Shown here one piece after another: positions 21,171 to 64,000 of a stretch of DNA of 64,000 bases. Position 1 is the first letter of the stretch. Each line of letters opens with the position of its first letter. The stretch lies in assembly GCA_002269645.1 (NCBI GenBank), contig NIVC01000983.1, positions 1 to 64,000 of the forward strand. Direction: 5' to 3'. Source of the DNA: Macrostomum lignano (taxonomy: Eukaryota). Under the pieces are notes generated by a model. That model saw only the letters and a list, made by a program, of their open reading frames with translations, was not told the origin of the DNA and did not search any database. The position numbers and the translations under genes are program-made.

Positions 21171-23046
21171 AGATGGAGAGGAATAGGCAGAGAGGTGCAG
21201 TCGCACAAAAATAATGGCTACATGATGCAGGTAAAAGTTATGTAAGGAACAATGGCGTGATCCCATCATCAAAACCGTGTGTGGGGGGTGGCATTTCCGC
21301 ACAGGACAGCAGCTGATCAAGTGTTTAGTTGTCAACAGCAGCAGCAGCTTGAGCTACTCATGCAGATTAAACAGATGAAGCAGCTCCCTTGGCCGTTGCC
21401 ATTGGTGCCCGAGCCCAAACAGTCGCCAAGGCGGACAGTGCAGGGAAATCCAAATGAGAATGAGCGGAGAGCGTAATGTAAAAGCATGAAAAAAGCAAAC
21501 CATGCAATGAACACTGGAAGCTCCATGCCACATGTACTGCAGAGCGCAACAGCCCAATTATGAAATTATTATTCATAAAATTTATTAATCTAAATAATCG
21601 CGGTGGCCTAAGAAATAAGAAACAAATTTAGTGCTTCAAAGCTTCTGCAGGTGCCGGGCAATGGTTTGTTTCTCAGAAAAGATTTGATCGAAGCTTATAA
21701 ACATACTGAAGGTATAGTGGCGGAAAACCACTGGAATATTGAAGAAAACACAGTTAGTAAAATCAGGCAGTTCCCAGTGAAACTGGATGAAGCAATAGCA
21801 GTGGAAGCAACAGGTGGAGCAGGTGAGAGGAAAAAACAATGCTGGACAGCTGTTGGTTCGATGCCAGACTCCGCAGGCGCTGGGGTGAGTACGCAATTTA
21901 CAGTTTACATACAGTACACACAGATACTGGAATAACTAGATGAGCCACTCAGCACATTTGCGTGAAAGCTACTTTCAGTTCAGTAGTAAGTTAAACAGAA
22001 GCATTTTATTGTATTTTTAAAGCCAAGGCTCTTTTCATTGGCTTTTACCCCCCCCCCAGCCTTAAACCCTCCAACCGCGCATTTTCACACTACCCCCCGC
22101 GCACTCCAACTTTTATTGCCTTTCTCGGAATTCCAGCCTAAAGCTGCCATGTACATAGTGGACTGGCCAATGTACATTATGGCTGAACCAATTAGCAAGC
22201 TGTTTACGCCTGCAAGCTTGAGCTTCTAAACTTATCAAAGTCATCTCAGCTGGCTTTATTTTATAAAATAGCTTATGCATTCTTCTCTGCTACTGAAAGT
22301 AGAAAGCTGCTTTACCATCTTGTCATTCTAGTATCTGTGCAGTACACTAGATACAGGTACAGATGAATGAGATCTATTTGAGGGGGGGGCTAAATCACAG
22401 TTTCTAGCAAATTCTCAACAATGATTAACAACAATAATAAAAAACCCGAGTAGATAATAACAGTACATGTGGATTACTAATCAGAGTTGGAGATTATGAC
22501 AGACATTGCTTATTAAATGCTAATTAATCAAACCAGTTCACAGGCTTAACTAACAAATATTTGTTATAATAAGATTTTAGCTTTAGATATTAATATAAAT
22601 TATTTACGCAGTAAATTTACACACGATAATTAAGGTTATTTTGCATAAATATATGCATACTACACTACTACAGATAAGTAGCATTAGTAAAAAACAAAAA
22701 TAGAAATGGTTTTATATACCTTAAAAAGATATGTAAAAGAGAAAAAAATGGTTTGAGATTGTAGTCCCAATGAGCAGTTCACTTGGTCATGGTTTCTTAG
22801 AAAACCGACGAGATCCAGACAGCGCGCAAAATGAGCAGCAAAATTTTTAGATAGGGAATTTATTTCAGCTAGACAGGGTATCTTTGTCAACTATATAGAT
22901 ATTGGTAATTAGCTTCAACTCGATGGGGAATTATTTAGAGCTATATAGGGAATTATTTTGAACAAGATAGGGAATTATCCTAAAATAGATGGGGAATTAT
23001 TTATGGCCGGAGTCAAACGGGGGTCACACGGGGGTCACACGCGGGG

Positions 23047-62605
<39,559 letters not shown>

Positions 62606-63344
62606 TGTCAGGGCGCAAAGTAGGCGGACAACAATGCTGATAATTGAGCCTGGCTGTCTTAGCCGCGAGGCAATTTTAGCAGAAAGTTTTAGCATAAACT
62701 GTTGCAATATGAATGAGATTTCTATTCTTTGTCTAAATTGCTGAATGCATTTTGTCTAACAAAAGAAGATCACCAGGGTGGATTTTATTAAACAAACGAG
62801 TTTTGAGCAAAGTTTAGTATTGAATGTATATATGGCCAGATTAGAATAATTTACCAGAGAAACCTTCGCGGTTTGAAACTTGGAGTACATATTGATGAGT
62901 AATGATAACGATATTAGGTGGGAATTTTATTGCAAATCAATTTCATTCATGTTCATCATCTCTTTCATTTAAAGAAGCATTAAATAAAATACATATATTA
63001 TTTACTCTTACAGTTATTGTATATAGTAATTACTAGCAATTTTCGCCCCCCGTTGGGGGACATCTGGATAGAATCTCTGTTCTCTACAAGTAACAAAAAG
63101 ACAGCCAAATAAAGCCTTCACAAAGACGACAGACAAACTGCTCAAATAAAGTGTAATGCAAAAAGAAATCATCCCAAGACAGCAAGCATCCCCCAGATTG
63201 CAAGCATCCCCCAGATAGCAAGCATCCCGAAATAGTAAGCATCCACCATAAAATAAGTAGCTAGTGCTACAATTTCCTTAGCTCTATAGTGGCTCCTTTA
63301 AAATTGGCATGACGCTTACTTTTACGTTTGAAATTGTGTAAATT

Positions 63345-64000
63345 TTATGTTTGACTTGGTGGCTCTTTAATGTTTGACATGGTGGCTCTTTTATGTTCTA
63401 CATGGTGGCTCTCTTATGTTTGATTCAGGGTTTTCTTAATGTCTGACATGGTGTCTCTTTATTGTTTGACATAGTGGCTCTTTTATGTTTGACATGGTGG
63501 CTCTTTTATGTTTGACATGGTGGCTCTTTAATGTTCGACATGGTGGCTCTTTAATGTTTGACATTATGGCTCTTTAATGTTTGACATGGTGTCTCTTTAA
63601 TGTTTGACATGGTGTCTCTTTAATGTTTGACATGGAGTCATGTATATGTTTGCCATGGTGGCTCTTTAATGTTAGACATGGTGTCTCTTCAATGTTTGAC
63701 ATGGAGTCATGTATATGTTTGACATGGTGGCTCTTGTATTTTTAACATGTTAGCTCTTTAATGTTCGATATGGTGGCTCTTTAATGTCTAACATGGAGTC
63801 ACGTATATGTTTGACATGGAGTCATGTATATGTCTGATATGGTAGCTCTTTAATGTTTTACATGGAGTCACGCATATGTTTCACATGGTGGCTATTTTAT
63901 GTTTGACATGGTGGTTCTTAAATGTTCGACATGGTGGCTCTTTAATGTTTTACATGGTGGCACTTTCATGTTTGACCTGGTGGCTCTTTAATGTTTGACA
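63345..64000. repeat. 23-bp minisatellite (TTTGACATGGTGGCTCTTTAATG), runs off window end
   Basis: Degenerate units upstream of the cadherin gene. Confidence 0.9.

Noticed and set aside
62606-62707. N-terminal extension of cadherin from the ORF-track start
   Set aside because: The signal-peptide-like segment begins well after; MALLPM at 62605 (or a later Met) fits better, though the true start is unproven.

Overview
Eukaryotic (metazoan) genomic DNA with GC-rich exons and introns nearly all filled by tandem repeats. This style, plus the gene content, suggests a free-living flatworm such as Macrostomum (inference only). Four host genes were reconstructed with phase-consistent splice junctions: (1) a 4-exon orphan rhodopsin-class peptide-type GPCR (+, 4017-7208); (2) a 2-exon KChIP/calsenilin-like neuronal calcium sensor (+, 8896-13688); (3) a secreted neuropeptide precursor (-, about 18943-19384) carrying a corazonin/GnRH-like amidated peptide SVHFHNSWHP-G-RKR in an atypical internal position, plus a second candidate disulfide-ring peptide; (4) a 23-exon, about 2799-aa type III (DN-cadherin-like) classical cadherin (-, 23047-62605). 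Cadherin intron 1 holds a young Penelope-like retroelement array (51918-58377): an inverted pLTR, a partial copy, one disrupted unit and one intact 825-aa RT + GIY-YIG unit, four minimal hammerhead-ribozyme cores, and a 13-bp target-site-like direct repeat. That array is bracketed by about 200-bp inverted repeats containing an RSS-heptamer-like CACAGTG. Also present: an older Penelope fragment, an LTR-like promoter cassette, and more than 30 micro/minisatellite arrays, several with notable internal structure. No prokaryotic features, CRISPR arrays, rRNA or intact tRNA genes were seen.
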